The notes below the pieces were generated by a model, which was not told the DNA's origin, searched no databases, and worked only from the letters and a program-made list of their open reading frames with translations. Positions 34,135-47,729 of a stretch of 64,000 bases of DNA are shown here, in pieces (positions within the stretch are counted from its first letter, which is position 1; each line of letters begins with the position of its first letter). Location of the stretch: assembly GCF_964213995.1 (NCBI RefSeq), contig NW_027590123.1, positions 124,001 through 188,000 of the forward strand, in the 5' to 3' direction. This DNA is from Mustelus asterias. Lineage: Eukaryota. The translations under genes and the position numbers were made by a program.

Positions 34135-35800
34135 TTTGTGTTCACTGTGGAGAAAGACATGACTTGGGAACCTTGGAAAGTTAGTGCCGATTATATTGGG
34201 GAAGTTCGCATTACAATAGAGGAGGTGATGGATGTGTCAAAATGTATGAAGGTGGATAAATCTCCTGGCCCTGACCAGGTATATCCAAGAACACAGTGTG
34301 AGGCTAGAGAAGAAATTGCGGGAGCCCTGGCTGAGATACTTGCATCATTGTTAGCCACGGTGAGGTACCAGTTGACTGGAGGGTAGCAAATATTGTGGCC
34401 TTATTTAAGAAGGGCTGCAAAGAAAAACCTGGGAATTATAGACCGGTAAGTCTAACATCTGTGGTGGGTAAGTTACTAGAGAGGATTCTGAGGGATAAGA
34501 TATACAGACATTTGGAAAGATAGGGTTTGATTCGGAGTAGTCAGCACGGCTTTGTGCATGGGAGATCATGCCTCACAAATTTGTTAGAGTTCTTTGATGA
34601 AGTGACCAGGAGATTGACGAGGGTAGGGCGGTAGATAGTCTATATGGACTTCAGTAAGGCCTTTAATTAAGTTCTACATGGTGGGCTGCTCTGGAAGGTT
34701 AGATCACATGGAATCCAGGGAGAGCTGACAAATTGGATATACAATTGGCTTGATGGTAGGAAGCAGAGGATAATGGTGGAAGGATGCATCTCGGACTGGG
34801 CGCCTGTGACTAGTGGTGTGCCTCAGGGGTCAGTGCTGGGCCCATTGCTGTTTGAAATTGATATCAGCGATTTGGATGAGAATGTACAAGGCATGATCAG
34901 TAAGTTTGCAGATGACAGTAAAATAGGTGCTATTGTAGACGGTGAGGAAGTTTATCAACAATTGCAGCAGGATCTTGATCAGCTGGGGAAGTGGGCTGAG
35001 AAATGGCAAATGGAGTTCAATACAAATAAGTGTGAGGTGTTGCATTTTGGAAAGTCAAATCAAGGTTGGGCTTTCATGGTGAATTGCAGGAGTATCGTGG
35101 AACAGAGGGACTTCGGAGGTCAGATCTATGGTTTTCTAAAGGTGGAGTCATAGGTAGATAGGACAGTGAAGACTTTTGGTGTGCTGGCCTTCATCAGTCA
35201 GTGCATTAATTATAGTAGTTTGGAAGTATGTTGCAGTTGTACAGGACATTGGTGACGCCACACCCGGAGTACTGTGTTCAATTTTGGTCGCCTTGCTACA
35301 GGAAAGATGTTACTAAACTGGAAAGAGTGCAGAAGAGATTTACAAGAATGTTGCCAGGACTCAAGGGACTGAGTTAGGGAAAGATTAGACAGGCTAGGAC
35401 TTTTTTCTTTGGAGCATAGGAGACTGAGGGGTGATCTTATAGAGGTGTATAATATCATGAGTGGCATTGATAGAGTAAATGCACTTATTATTTTTCCCAG
35501 GGTTGGGGAATTGAAAACTAGAGGGCATAGGTTTAAGTTAAGAGGGGAAAGAATCAATGGGAACCTGAGGAGCAACCTTTTTAAACAGAGGGTGGTATGT
35601 ATGTGGAATGAGCTGCTGGAGGAGTTGAGGCAGGAACATTGACAACATTTAAAAGCCATTTGCACAGAAGCATGGATAGGAAAGGTTTAGAGGGCGATGG
35701 GCCAAATGCAGGCAAATGGGGTTAGTTTAGATGGGCATTGGCATGGACCAATTTGGGCTGAAGAGCCTTGCTCCGTGCTGTAAACTCTATGATTCTATGA
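34135..35800 (+). mobile_element. CR1 LINE RT region (degenerate)
   Basis: KSPGPD, VPQGSVLGPLLF, KFADD and RRLRGDLIEVY motifs, plus a tail. Confidence 0.85.
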
Positions 35801-35819
35801 CCACATACACTGGGCAGTT

Positions 35820-36640
35820 AGGGAACGGAATTTGTCGTGGTGACTGAAGACTTTGGTCTTCCTGAATTTTAACTGCAGGAAATTTCTGCTCATTCAGTAC
35901 TGGATGTGGGATGAGCAGTTTGATAATTTAGTAACAGTGGAGGAATGGAGAGGGATGGGAGTGAGGTAGAGCTGGGTGTTGTCAGTGTACAGGTGAAAAC
36001 TAACACGGTGCTTTTGGATAATGTCACCCAGTGGCAGCATGTGGATGAGAAATAGGAGGGGCCAAGGATAGATCCTTGGGGGACACTGAGTTCAGGGGTT
36101 TTGGAGAGGAAAGGCAGGTTGGAGATGGCACAATAATTCGCAAAGGTGGTGCAGTCAAAAGATTTGATGACGGTGGATTTAAGAGAGACAGTGCCAGAAG
36201 AGAGAGAGTAGGGTTGTATTTTTCAAATCTGTATGTAAGGTAGAGAGGTGGGGAGAACACAGAGGCAGATATAGAGATAAAGACTGAGCGAGAGATGGGG
36301 AGAGAAACACAGATGGCAATACTCTGAGATAAAGAGGGGGAAAGACAACAATAAATAATGAAGGAGCGACAGTGGGTGAGCTAGAGGGGGAGAGAGAGAG
36401 AGAGAGAGCTATTGACATGGGGAAGTTGGTTGTCCTGCAGGTTAGTGAGATTAGGATCAAAGGGAGATGTGAGTTCAGAACCTGGACAAAAACAGACAGT
36501 TTACCCCAGTGGTCCAGTGGAAGGGAGGAAGCAGCGGAAGCAGCTGATCAGATTGTCTCAATGTTTGTGTCAAAGAACCTCCTGAGCTCTTCTCAGTTGT
36601 TGGAGGTGAGGATGCAGGAGACAGGGGAGAGGGAGAGCCC
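35820..36640 (-). mobile_element. L2 LINE fragments
   Basis: VPQGSILAP.LF...LPLGDII...HLYTDNTQLY. Confidence 0.6.
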
Positions 36641-36843
36641 TTCAGAAGAATCTGATTTGTGTTAGAGATATTTTTTAAAAACTGGCCAGTGTTTGATTAA
36701 AATGAATCTAATTTAATTGTATTTTGAATCCAGAATACTATCTGTTGTAACTGGATAGGAGTTTATGAACATCAGCAGCAACAGACCCCAATGAACATGG
36801 TTCAGGCCTGGATGCGATTAACAGTAAGATCCAATCTCTTTAG

Positions 36844-37713
36844 TTACTTGTGAACCTGTTGGTGCATCAGTAGGTTGGGAAACTTAGTGAATCCCTCTCC
36901 ACACTTGGAGCAGATGAACAGCCTCTCCCCAGTGTGAACTCGCTGGTGTCGATGAAGAGTGGATGACTGAGTGAATCTCTTCCCACACTTGGAGCAGATG
37001 AATGGTCTCTCCCCAGTGTGAACTCGCTGGTGTCTCTGCAGAGTGGATGACTGAGTGAATCCCTCCCCGCACTCTGAACAGGTGAATGGTTTCTCTCCAC
37101 TGTGAGTGCGTTGGTGTACAGTGAGATGTGATAAACGTCTGAATCCTGTCCCACAGTGTGAGCACCTGAACGGCCTCTCCTCAGTGTGAAGACGTTGATG
37201 GTACATAAGTTCCTGGGAAGTTTTAAAAGATTTCCCACAATCTGGGCATTGAAAAGGTCTCACGTCAGTGTGAACTTGTTGGTGTGTCATCAGGTTGGCT
37301 GAAAAAGTGAATCCCTTCCCACACTGAGAGCAGATGAATGGTCTCTTGCCGGTGTGAACTCGCTGGTGGGTCAGCAGGTTGGATGACTGAGTGAATCCTT
37401 TCCCACAATCGGAGCAGGTGAATGGTCTCTCCCCAGTGTGAGTGCGCCGGTGTGTCAGCAGGGTGGAAGATTTAGTAAATCCCTTCCCGCAGTCCGAGCA
37501 GGTGAATGGTTTCTCCCCGGTGTGACTGCGATGATGAATTTCCAACTGGGATGGGTAATCGAATCCCTTCCCACAGTCCCCACATTTCCACGGCTTCTCC
37601 TCAGTGTGGTGACATTGATGTTCTGACAGGCCAGATGGTTGGTTGAAGTCTCGTCCATACACAGAACATGTGTATAGTTTCTCCCCACTGTGAACAGGGC
37701 GTTTTCCTTCCAT
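36844..37713 (-). CDS. C2H2 zinc-finger protein ZNF-7 (MEGK type; 10 fingers, first has C>Y)
   Basis: Paralog of ZNF-5 (shared KTSQELMYH and [10 protein letters not shown] fingers); exon start at 37820. Confidence 0.88.
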   Translation of the reverse strand: MEGKRPVHSGEKLYTCSVYGRDFNQPSGLSEHQCHHTEEKPWKCGDCGKGFDYPSQLEIHHRSHTGEKPFTCSDCGKGFTKSSTLLTHRRTHTGERPFTCSDCGKGFTQSSNLLTHQRVHTGKRPFICSQCGKGFTFSANLMTHQQVHTDVRPFQCPDCGKSFKTSQELMYHQRLHTEERPFRCSHCGTGFRRLSHLTVHQRTHSGEKPFTCSECGEGFTQSSTLQRHQRVHTGERPFICSKCGKRFTQSSTLHRHQRVHTGERLFICSKCGEGFTKFPNLLMHQQVHK

Positions 37714-38654
37714 GATTAAAATCCAATGATATTCAGGGTACGATAAAATAATTGACTCTCAGATTTTGATGTGATGTTTAGTTTCCTGTTCCACGACTGC
37801 AAACCTTCCCTTCTGTTACTCTGAAAAATTGATTTAAAACAGAAAAAAGGAAGTGAGAGAGAACCCCCCAAACACAAAGGCACGTTGTGAAATTGAGCTG
37901 AATGAATCTGGGGCCGGCACGAGAAGAAAGTGACCATGAAAGCTGCTGGATTGTTGTAAAAACCCAACTGATTCACTAATGTCCTACAGGGAAGGGAACC
38001 TACCACCTGGTCTGGACAAGACTTTGGCCTCTGAGGGAGGAGAAGGAGGGAGAGAGGGAGGAAGAGAGAAGTGGAGAGGCAGGAGGCGAAGAAGAGGGAT
38101 TTTATACATAAACCACTCAGCCAGAACTTTGACCGAATCATTAAACACTGAACCTCCTCACCTCAAAGGACCAGGGCAGCGGGATTATGTGAACACTATC
38201 ACCTGCAAGTTCTCCAACACATACACTGCACTGACTTGTCTGACAATCCACTTGCATATTAGGAAGTACAAAGCCATTGCCTTCAGTCTCTTCTACAAAC
38301 TCCATCCCCTGGACATGGACTCCATCCCTCCCACTGGTAATGGTCTGAGGCTCAACCAGACTGTTCACAGCCAGGGAGTATTTTGTGTAACTGAGATGAG
38401 CTTCCAACCACATATCAACATCACCCAGAGCATCTATTTCCACGTCACTGACGTCATTGACTCCACCCCAGTCTCAGCTGACCTGCGACTGAAACAATCA
38501 TTCTTTCCTTTGTTACCTCTAGATGTAATTATCCAAACGCACTCCCAGCCGGCCTCCCACATTCAACCTCTCTGTAAACTTGAGCTCATCCAAACCTCTG
38601 CTGCCCATGTGCTTACTCACATCAAGTCTTGTTCACCCATCACCCCTGTGCGCA

Positions 38655-39072
38655 CTACAAAAGGAACTACAAAAGGTTGTGAATGTAGCCCAATCCATCA
38701 CGCAACCCAGCCTCCCATCCATTGACTCTGTCTACACTTCTCGCTGCCTTGGCAGAGCAACCAGCATAATTAAGGATCCCACGCAACCCAGACATTCTCT
38801 CTTCCACCTTCTTCCTTTGGGAAAAAGATACAAAAGTCTGAGGTCACGTACCAACCAACTCAAGAACAGCTTCTTCCCTGCTGCTGTCAGACTTTTGAAT
38901 GGACTTACCTTGCATTAAGTTGATCTTTCTCTACACTCTAGTTATGACTGTAACACGACATTCTGCACTCTCTCGTTTTCCTTCTCTATTTGTATAGCTT
39001 TGTATAGCACGCAAGAAACAATATTTTTCACTGTATGTTAATACATGTGACAATAATAAATCAAATCAAAAA
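38655..39072 (+). mobile_element. Rex1/Babar LINE 3' end inserted in an L2 fragment (~38140-39530)
   Basis: ELQKVV...LKNSFFPAAVRLLN; closely similar to 21915-22325. Confidence 0.75.
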
Positions 39073-39539
39073 TCATGACCTACAAAGGTTCCAGATCAAT
39101 AAACAAACTATTTCTTTTTAAATTCTCAAGCTTATTTTAAAATTCTTCCATGGCTCCTACCTATCTCTGTAATCTCCTCGAGACTCTCAAAACTCAGAGA
39201 TAGAATCATCGAATTCCTAAATGTGGAAGGAGGCCATTTGGCCCATTGATCCTGCACTGACAACAATTCCACCCAGACCCTATCCCCATAACCCCATATT
39301 TACCCTGCTAATCCCCCTGACACTAAGGGGCAATTTAGCATGGCCAATCCACCTAACCTGCACATCTGTGGAGTTGGATCTTTGGAGATCTCTGTACTCT
39401 TCTTTCCCTGACCATTCCTTATTTTAAACTGTTTGACCTTTGGAGGCTGCATCTTCAGCTGCCAAGCCCACAAGCTGTGAAATTTCCTTCCTAAACCTCT
39501 CCCGCATCTCTCCCTCACCTTCCTCCTATAAGATTCTCA

Positions 39540-40480
39540 AAGAAGAAAGAAAATTACAGCACAGGAACAGGCCCTTCGGCCCTCCAAGCCTGCAGCGACC
39601 ATGCTGCCTGACTGAACTAAAACCCCCGACCCTTCTGGGACCGTATCCCTCTATTCCCATCTCATTCATGTATTTGTCAAGATGCCCTTAAAAGTCATGA
39701 TTGTATCTGCTTCCACTATCTCCCCCAGCAGCAAGTTCCAGGCACCCAACACCCTCTGTCTAAAAAAAAATTTGCCTCATGCATCTCCTTTAAACCTTGC
39801 CCCTCGCAGCTTAAACCTATGCCCCCCAGTAATTGACTCTTCCATCCTGGGAAAAAGCTTCTGACTATCCACTCTGTCCATGCCCCTCATAATCTTGTAA
39901 ACTTCTATCAGGTCGCCCCTCAACCTCCGTCGTTCTAGTGAGAACAAACCAAGTTTCTCCAACCTCTCCTCATAGCTAATGCCCTCCACACCAGGCAACA
40001 TCCTGGTAAATCTTTTCTGTACCCTCTCCAAAGCACCCACATCCTTCTGGTAGTGTGGCGACCAGAATTGAACACTATCTTCCAAGTACAGCCTAACTAA
40101 GGTTCGATAAAGCTGCAACATGATTTGCCAATTTTTAAACTCAATGCCCCGGCCGATGAAGGCAAGCATGCCTTCTGCCTTCTTGACTACCTTTTCCATC
40201 TGCGTTGCCACTTTCAATGACCTGTGTATCTATACACCCAGATCCCTCTGCCTATGAATACTCTTAAGGGTTCTGCCATTTACTGTACATTTCCTATCTG
40301 TATTAGACCTTCCAAAATGCATTACCTCACATTTGTCAGGACTAAACGCCATTTGCCAACTCTCCACCCAAGTCTCCAACTGATCTATATTCTGCTGTAT
40401 CCTCTGATGGTCCTCATCGCTATCCGCAAATCCATCAAACTTTGTGTAGTCTGCAAACTTACTAATCACACCAGTTATCT
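39540..40480 (-). mobile_element. CR1 LINE 3' fragment
   Basis: ORFs 39777-40217 and 40230-40469 carry CR1 motifs. Confidence 0.85.
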
Positions 40481-40839
40481 CCTCAAAACCTCAAATCAAA
40501 CCTCAACCATCTGTCCTCATAACTCTTTATATGACTGTGTCAAATGTTGCCTCATAAAACTCTGTGAAATACCCTGAAATGTTCCATTGCACAAAAAAAA
40601 AGTGCTGTCCAATACACGTTGTTATTACTAATTTGGAGATATTTCACTGTTCCTTCATCGTCACTGGGTGAATAATCTGTATCTCCTTATCTAACAGCAT
40701 TGTGGCAGCACCTTCACCACACAGACTGCAACGGTTCAAGAAGATCAAAATTAATCTTCTCCACATGTAACTGGAGAGGGGAGTATTTGCTGCTGGTCTT
40801 GTTAATGATGCCTAAATTCCAAAATTAAATTTTAAACAT

Positions 40840-42020
40840 ATAGAAATAGAAACATAGAAAAACTACAGCACAAAACAGGCCCTTCGACCCCACAAGTTGT
40901 GCCGAACATATCCCTACCTTTTAGGCCTACCTATAACCCTCCATCCTATTAAGTCCCATGTACTCATCCAGGGGTCTCTTAAAAGACCCTATTGAGTTTG
41001 CCTCCACCACCGCTGACGGCAGCCGATTCCACTCGCCCACCACCCCCTAACATTTCCCCTGTACCTACCCACCAGCACCTTAAACCTGTGTCCTCTCGTA
41101 GCAGCCATTTCCACCCTGGGAAAAAGCCTCTAAGAGTCCACCCGATCTATGCCTCTCAACATCTTATATACCTCTATGAGGTCTCCTCTCATCCTACGTC
41201 TCTCCAAGAAGAAAAGACCGAGCTCCCTCAGCCTATCCTCATAAGGCATGCCACTCAATCCAGGCAACATCCTTGTAAATCTCCTCTGCACCCTTTCAAC
41301 CTTTTCCACATCCTTCCTGTAATGAGGCGACCAGAACTGAGCACAGTACTCCAAGTGGGGTCTGACGAGGGTCTTATATAGCTGCATCATTATCCCCGGA
41401 CTCCTAAACTCAATCCCTCGATTGATAAAGGCCAGCACACCATATGCCTTCTTAACCACCTCCTCCACCTGCGGGGCCGATTTTAGAGTCCTATGGACCC
41501 GGACCCCAAGGTCCTTCTGATCCTCTACGGTACTAAGAGTCTTTCCCTTTATATTGTACTCCTTCATCCCATTTGACCTGCCAAAATGGACCACTACGCA
41601 TTTATCTGGGTTGAAGTCCATCTGCCACTTCTCCGTCCAGTCTTGCATCCTATCTATGTCCCTCTGTAACTTCTGACATCCCTCCAGACTATCCACAACC
41701 CCACCAACCTTCGTGTCGTCGGCAAACTTACCAACCCACCCCTCTACTTCCTCTTCCAGGTCATTTATGAAAATGACAAACAGCAAGGGTCCCAGAACAG
41801 ATCCCTGGGGCACACCACTGGTGACCGACCTCCATTTAGAAAAAGACCCATCTATACCAACTCTCTGCCTCCTTTGGGCAAGCCAGTTCTGGATCCACAG
41901 GGCAGCAGCCCCTTGGATCCCATGCCCTCTCACTTTTTCTCGAAGCCTTGCATGGGGGACCTTATCGAACGCCTTGCTAAAATCCATATAAACCACATCT
42001 ACCGCCTTCCCTTCGTCAAC
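40840..42020 (-). mobile_element. Young CR1 LINE 3' fragment
   Basis: 304-aa ORF with YMDFSKAFDKVPH...VPQGSVLGP...KFADDTK; same family as 11840-12590. Confidence 0.9.
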
Positions 42021-44339
42021 GTATGTGTGAAACAGAAAAATCACATCTGCAGAAATACCTGTTCCTCGAACAATATCCTTTTCCTTTGTACAGATAGTGA
42101 TTGTTTCACAACCTGATCTCCCTAGAATCTAACTCTCCTGACAATTTCACATTGGAAATTGCTGGATCCGACTGAGTTCATAAGTTTTTGCGGTTAAACC
42201 CAACCGCTTCTCCTATATCTCCATTCCAGCTCCAACTGATACAACAAGGAAAAGGGAACTGGACAAGACCCCGGAGAGAAAGAAAATGCTGGGTTGCGAG
42301 GAAAAGGCAGGGGAATGGGTCTAACTGCCTTGTCCTTGCAGAGAGCCACAAGGGTGCAACATGCTAAAGGACAGCACTTGTATTGTAATCATTCTGTGAT
42401 GCTATGAATCAATGAAAAAGGACCTGCACTGGAGGCAAGGGTCCACCCTGATATAGATTAGTTCTTAAGTAGTTCCTCTCAATTACTAGACTCAGAAATG
42501 TCTGCAATAAAATAAAAGCCCAATACTGATGCTGCTGGAAATCTGAATTAAAAAGAGCTAATATTGGAAATATTCAGCAGGTCAGGCAGTAGCTGGGGTG
42601 AGAAAGACAGAATCAATGATCCAGGGTGTGCAGAATGAACTATGTGGAATAAAAATGGTGCCAAATGTAATGTAACCTCAGAAATAGGAGAAGTGGACGA
42701 GAACACAGGAAAAACAATTCCTGACTATTCACGATACTGTGGGAAGCTGGTAAGCCAGCAGCGCATCATTCATTACAAATGGGAACCTTCTTTAGACACA
42801 ACTGGCAGAAGTGACAGTGAAATACTGAACACAGCTGAGATACACCCATTATTAGAGAGAGGAGTTAGACACTGGCCGAGAGATGATCAGGGAAAGCAGA
42901 GGTGAAACAGAGCAATGAATGCACATGGAGTCAGATCCACAGTAAAGGAGTCAGACCAGCCCCAAAGACATGGAACCTCTCACAGAGAACAAAGCTCAGC
43001 ACGAACAACTCTCAATTGAAGAACAATGGTCACAAACATACATCTGTGAAACAATTTCACTGTTATAAATTTAAACTCTCCTGTTGGAGCCTGCAGCTGG
43101 AAAGATATCAGAAACACTGGAGTCAGAGAAAAGTCTCCCAGTTGAGGAAATACCTGGGGAGCGGGGGTGATGTCACTGTGGAATTGTGGGTGTGTGATGA
43201 GATCACAGACAGGTACACAGAACATCTGGGTCTGTGCAAACCAGTGATCACCACACATTATGGAGGATGTGAGGCTCCTTAAGAGGGTGCAGAGGAGATT
43301 GACCTGAATGAATCCAGGGATTATAATTACAATGTTAGGCTGGAGAAACTGGCATTATTCTCCTTGGAGCAAAGGAGATTGAGGCAAGATTTGGCAGAGG
43401 TGTACAAATTTATGATAGGTTTAGATAAGGTAGATAAAGTTTAACTATTCCCATTACACGACAAAGATGCGCGGGTTAGGTTGATTGGCCATGCTTGAAT
43501 TGCCCCTTAGTGTCCTGAGATGTGTAGGTTAGAGGGATTAGTGGGTAAAATATGTAGGGATATGGGGGTAGGGCCTGGGTGGGATTGTGGTTGGTGCAGA
43601 CTCGATGGGCCGAATGGCCTCTTTCTGTACTGCAGGGTTTCTATGATTTCTATGACACAGATTGAAGATTTTGAAAAAGATCTACCGGGGGATATGAGGA
43701 AGAAATTTTACGCAGTGAGTGGTAATAACCTGGAACCCGATGCTTCCACTCAAAGACCGATAACATCCAGGTGCTGTTAATCGAATGGCGCTCTCAGATA
43801 TTGATGACCTTTCCATAAATCCTCTTCCAATATCCTGTAAAAGAAATTTACAAATCCCAGCACTGTCAGTTCAGAAATGCAATTCAGAAGAGACAAACAT
43901 TTTTCTTGGTATTAGTTTTGCTGGGTGTAAATTCTCCCCTTCTTACTCCCTGTAAAAGGAGTTTCCAAATCCATCACCGTCAGTCCGGGATGGAAATTCA
44001 CCATATTCTCTTCTGCTGACAGGGAGCACTGCCCACATGCCCTTCTGCACTTTGCCCAGTGAAAGTTGGTGGTCAATAACCTGGGTCTGTGATCAGGACA
44101 CATCCCACAGCTCATGCCTCGTTCATTGCCAAGGCGTGACTGGTAGCAGACTTGCAGATCTTTAGACACATGGGGAAGGACATCCCATGAGACAGTGGGA
44201 TCTGGAGAGCAGGATTTATTTTTCTTTCCTTCTCTGCCACCGCTCTGCCTCATCAATAAGACATTGGGACTCAGAGGATTGATGCAATTTGATGGACAAG
44301 TTGTCTCCATTCTGAACAATGGGAAACAAGCTCCTCCCA

Positions 44340-44835
44340 CTCGACAACTTGCCCCCTCCAAAGATGGCGGCCACGTTGCAGCCATGTTCCACATTATCCC
44401 CGTTGTACATTGGCCCCAATAAAGATGGCGGCCGTTAACCCGGACCGATCACTCGGAGCTGGAGACCCACTCAGTGCAGCTGGAGGAACCTGGAAGCTCT
44501 TTTTCGAGGATTGCGGTGACACAACATGTTTAGGAAACATCTCCGCCCGGTAGCTGGATCCATCGCTCCCTCCCATCCACTATTTTGTCCTAGATATTGT
44601 GGATCATAACAATCACCTCGCCAACCGCCATTAACCACACTGCGCATGCTTCACTCCCAGCCCGGCCCCGCCCCTCATTCACTCCCGGCTCCGCCCCTCA
44701 TTCACTCCCATTGCTTGGAGGACCAGCCGCTCCCGCGCGGTCTTCCAGCCCCGCCCCGCCCCGCCCCTCTCTCTCTATTGGTCCGAAGCTGCCGTCAATC
44801 AGCCAGACATTGTGACGATTTCAGATGGTGAGAGT
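44340..44835. promoter_or_regulatory. CpG promoter homologous to 26630-27110 (probably drives ZNF-7)
   Basis: Two AAGATGGCGGC YY1 sites (44361, 44422); TGCGCATGC at 44641; GC boxes; dyad at 44716-44747. Confidence 0.7.
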
Positions 44836-44867
44836 GGCCACAGACTCAGGCTGACTTGCTGATTATT

Positions 44868-45270
44868 GTTAAGAAGTCTCACAACACCAGGTTAAAGTCC
44901 AACAGTTTTATTTGGTAGCAAAAGCCACAAGCTTTCGGAACAGGCTGTTCCTTCATCAGGTGGGTGGGAGTTCTGATCACAAACAGGGCACAAAGACACA
45001 AACTCAATTTACATGAATAATAATTGGAATGCGAGTCTTTACAACTAATCAAGCCTGAAAGGTACAGACAATGTGAGTGGAGGGAGCATTAAGCACAGGT
45101 TAAAGAGATGTGTATTGTCTCCAGACAGGACAGCCAGTGAGATTTTGCACATCCAGGCAAGTTGTGGGGGTTACAGATAGTGTGACATGAACCCAATATC
45201 CTGGTTGAGGCCGTCCTCATGTGTGCGGAACCTGGCTATCAGTCTCTGCTCAGCGACTCTGCACTGCCGT
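44868..45270 (-). mobile_element. Penelope-like 3' fragment with a hammerhead (44925-44963)
   Basis: End of the ORF plus the terminal repeat; reverse complement reads CCAC-CTGATGA-A-GGAAC-agcct-GTTCC-GAAA-GC-TT-GTGG. Confidence 0.8.
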
Positions 45271-45854
45271 GAACCTCCACTCCACAAACAAGCCATCCAG
45301 CCAACTGAGCTAACTCTTGTCAACATATAATAATCCCTGAAATATTAGCTATTGCCTATCTCCCATTATACCTTTTGATGCAGTTTCCCAATCCATCTCA
45401 GATACAGGATCTCATATTTTAGTTCTCTTCTGTGAGAAACACCCAGATAAATTAAACAAAAGAACCATATAAGTACCACAGCCCATCTCCATGGAAATGT
45501 CACATACTTCAGTGGGGTTCCAAACAGAATTACGAATGAAATATCTTTGAACTGACAAACGTGCTTCACTCTTGTGATCCTTGTGAAATTTGAAGACAAG
45601 AAATGTGCTCTTCCAGGCTCAAAGAGCATCAGCCCACTGGAGGCTGAGACCGGCCAGTCCAGCATCAAGAAACCCTCTGACTCTCCCCGTTGACCAACTG
45701 AGAGAATAAACAAAATGCAGTCCTGGACACAAGTGAGAGCAGAAACAATAACAGCAGAATCCAAACCCTGGAATCACTTGTGAACTCGCTGGTGTCTCAG
45801 CAGATGGAATGAGTAAGCAATTCCATTCCCACGTTGAGAGCAGGTGAACGACCC

Positions 45855-47288
45855 CTACTCTGTGTGAACTCGCCAGTGTTTCCGCAGGGAGGATGAATCA
45901 CTGAATATCTTCCCACATTGAGAGCAGGTGAACGGTTTCTCTCCAGTGTGGATTTGCTGGTGTGTCTGTAGTTTGAAAAGCCAAGAGAAGACCTTCCCAC
46001 AGTGAGAGCAGGTGAATGGTCTCTCCCCAGTGTGGATTCGCTGGTGTATCTGCAGGTTGGATAACTGAGTGAATCCCTTCCCACATTGAAAGCAGGTGAA
46101 TGGTCTCTCCCCAGTGTGAATGCGCTGGTGTATTTGCAGAGCGGATGAATCACTGAATCCCTTCCCACACTGAGAGCAGGTGAATGGCCTCTCCCCAGTG
46201 TGAACCCGCTGATGTCTCAATAGATTGGCTGACATGGTGAATCCCTTCCCACACACAGAGCAGGTGAATGGCCTCTCCCCAGTGTGAACTCTCTGGTGTG
46301 TCAGCAGGTGGGATGAGAGAGGGAATCTCTTCCCACACTGGGAGCAGATAAATGGCTTCTGCCCAGTATGAACTTGCTGGTGTCTCTGCAGGGTTGATGG
46401 ATCAGTGAATGCCTTCCCGCACACAGAGCAGGTGAACGGCCTCTCCCCGCTGTGAACTCGCTGGTGTCTCCACAGGTGGGATGAATCACTGAACCGCTTC
46501 CCACACTGAGAGCAGGTGAATGGCCTCTCCCCAGTGTGAACTCGCTGGTGTACCCGCAGGTGGGATGAATAACTGAATCCCTTCCCACACTGAGAGCAGG
46601 TGAACGGTTTCTCCCCAGTGTGAACTCGCCGGTGAGTCTGCAGGGAGGATGACTGAGTGAATCCCTCCCCACACTGAGAGCAGGTGAACGGTTTCTCCCC
46701 AGTGTGAACCCGCTGGTGTATCCGCAGGTGGGATGACTGAGTGAATCCCTTCCCACACTGAGAGCAGGTGAACGGTTTTTCCCTGGTGTGAACTTGCTGG
46801 TGTATCAGCAGGGAGGATGAATCACTGAATCCCTTTCCACACTGAGAACAGGTGAACGGTTTCTCCCCGGTGTGAACTCGCTTGTGGGACTGTAGGAAGG
46901 ATAGCCGAGTGAATCCCTTCCCACACTCAGCGCACGTGAATGGCCTCTCCCCAGTGTGAACTCGCTGGTGTGTCTGCAGGTGGGATGACTGAGTGAATCC
47001 CTTCCCACACTGAGAGCAGGTGAATGGTCTCTCTCCAGTGTGAACTCTCTTGTGGCACTGTAGGAAGGATAGCCGAGTGAATCCCTTCCCACACTGAGAG
47101 CAGGTGAACGGCCTCTCCCCAGTGTGAACTCGCTGGTGTGTCAGCAGGTGGGATGACTGAGTGAATCCCTTCCCACACTGAGGGCAGGTAAATGGCTTCT
47201 CCCCAGTGTGAATGCGCTGATGGATTTCCAGTTGTGACGAAAACCTGAATTCCTTCCCACAGTCCCCACATTTCCATGGTTTCTCCAT
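45855..47288 (-). CDS. C2H2 zinc-finger protein ZNF-8 (17 fingers; 18th lost by a nonsense change)
   Basis: CACCATGG at 47288; TAG in the last linker; a decayed finger and the ancestral HK-TGA (45774-45776) follow. Confidence 0.9.
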   Translation of the reverse strand: MEKPWKCGDCGKEFRFSSQLEIHQRIHTGEKPFTCPQCGKGFTQSSHLLTHQRVHTGERPFTCSQCGKGFTRLSFLQCHKRVHTGERPFTCSQCGKGFTQSSHLQTHQRVHTGERPFTCAECGKGFTRLSFLQSHKRVHTGEKPFTCSQCGKGFSDSSSLLIHQQVHTREKPFTCSQCGKGFTQSSHLRIHQRVHTGEKPFTCSQCGEGFTQSSSLQTHRRVHTGEKPFTCSQCGKGFSYSSHLRVHQRVHTGERPFTCSQCGKRFSDSSHLWRHQRVHSGERPFTCSVCGKAFTDPSTLQRHQQVHTGQKPFICSQCGKRFPLSSHLLTHQRVHTGERPFTCSVCGKGFTMSANLLRHQRVHTGERPFTCSQCGKGFSDSSALQIHQRIHTGERPFTCFQCGKGFTQLSNLQIHQRIHTGERPFTCSHCGKVFSWLFKLQTHQQIHTGEKPFTCSQCGKIFSDSSSLRKHWRVHTE

Positions 47289-47729
47289 GGTGCTGGTGTC
47301 CTTGTGTCTCTCCAAGTTGGACGATCAGTTGAAGCTTCATCCACACACAGAACGCAGGTACAGTTGCTCGTTTTTGTGAATGGTGTGATATTTCTTCAGG
47401 CTGTGTCACTGGTTAAAGCTCTTTCCACAGTCAGTTCACTGGAACACTCTCACTCGGGTGTGTGTGTGTCTCGGTGCTTTTCCAATCACACTGATGTTTG
47501 AAATCTTTTGAAACCGACAGACCGTGACTCTGTCAGATCGAGATGTGACATTTGAGATTTCTGTCTGTGATTCCTCCTCTTCTGATATCCTTTAAAAACA
47601 ATTTACAAAAAACATCACAGTCAGAACAGACAATTCTCGCTTCTATGGGAACATCCTTTCCTCTGTCATTAATGAAAATCTGTAAATCTCCATCCCACAC
47701 ATTGTCCCTCCATTCTCACGCTGCCGGAT

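Noticed and set aside
41130-42044. RT ORFs as host genes or autonomous elements
   Set aside because: All are 5'-truncated LINE fragments lacking endonuclease and ORF1
42642-43282. Two adjacent ORFs (87 and 126 aa)
   Set aside because: No recognisable domain; the second runs into CR1 sequence; likely chance ORFs
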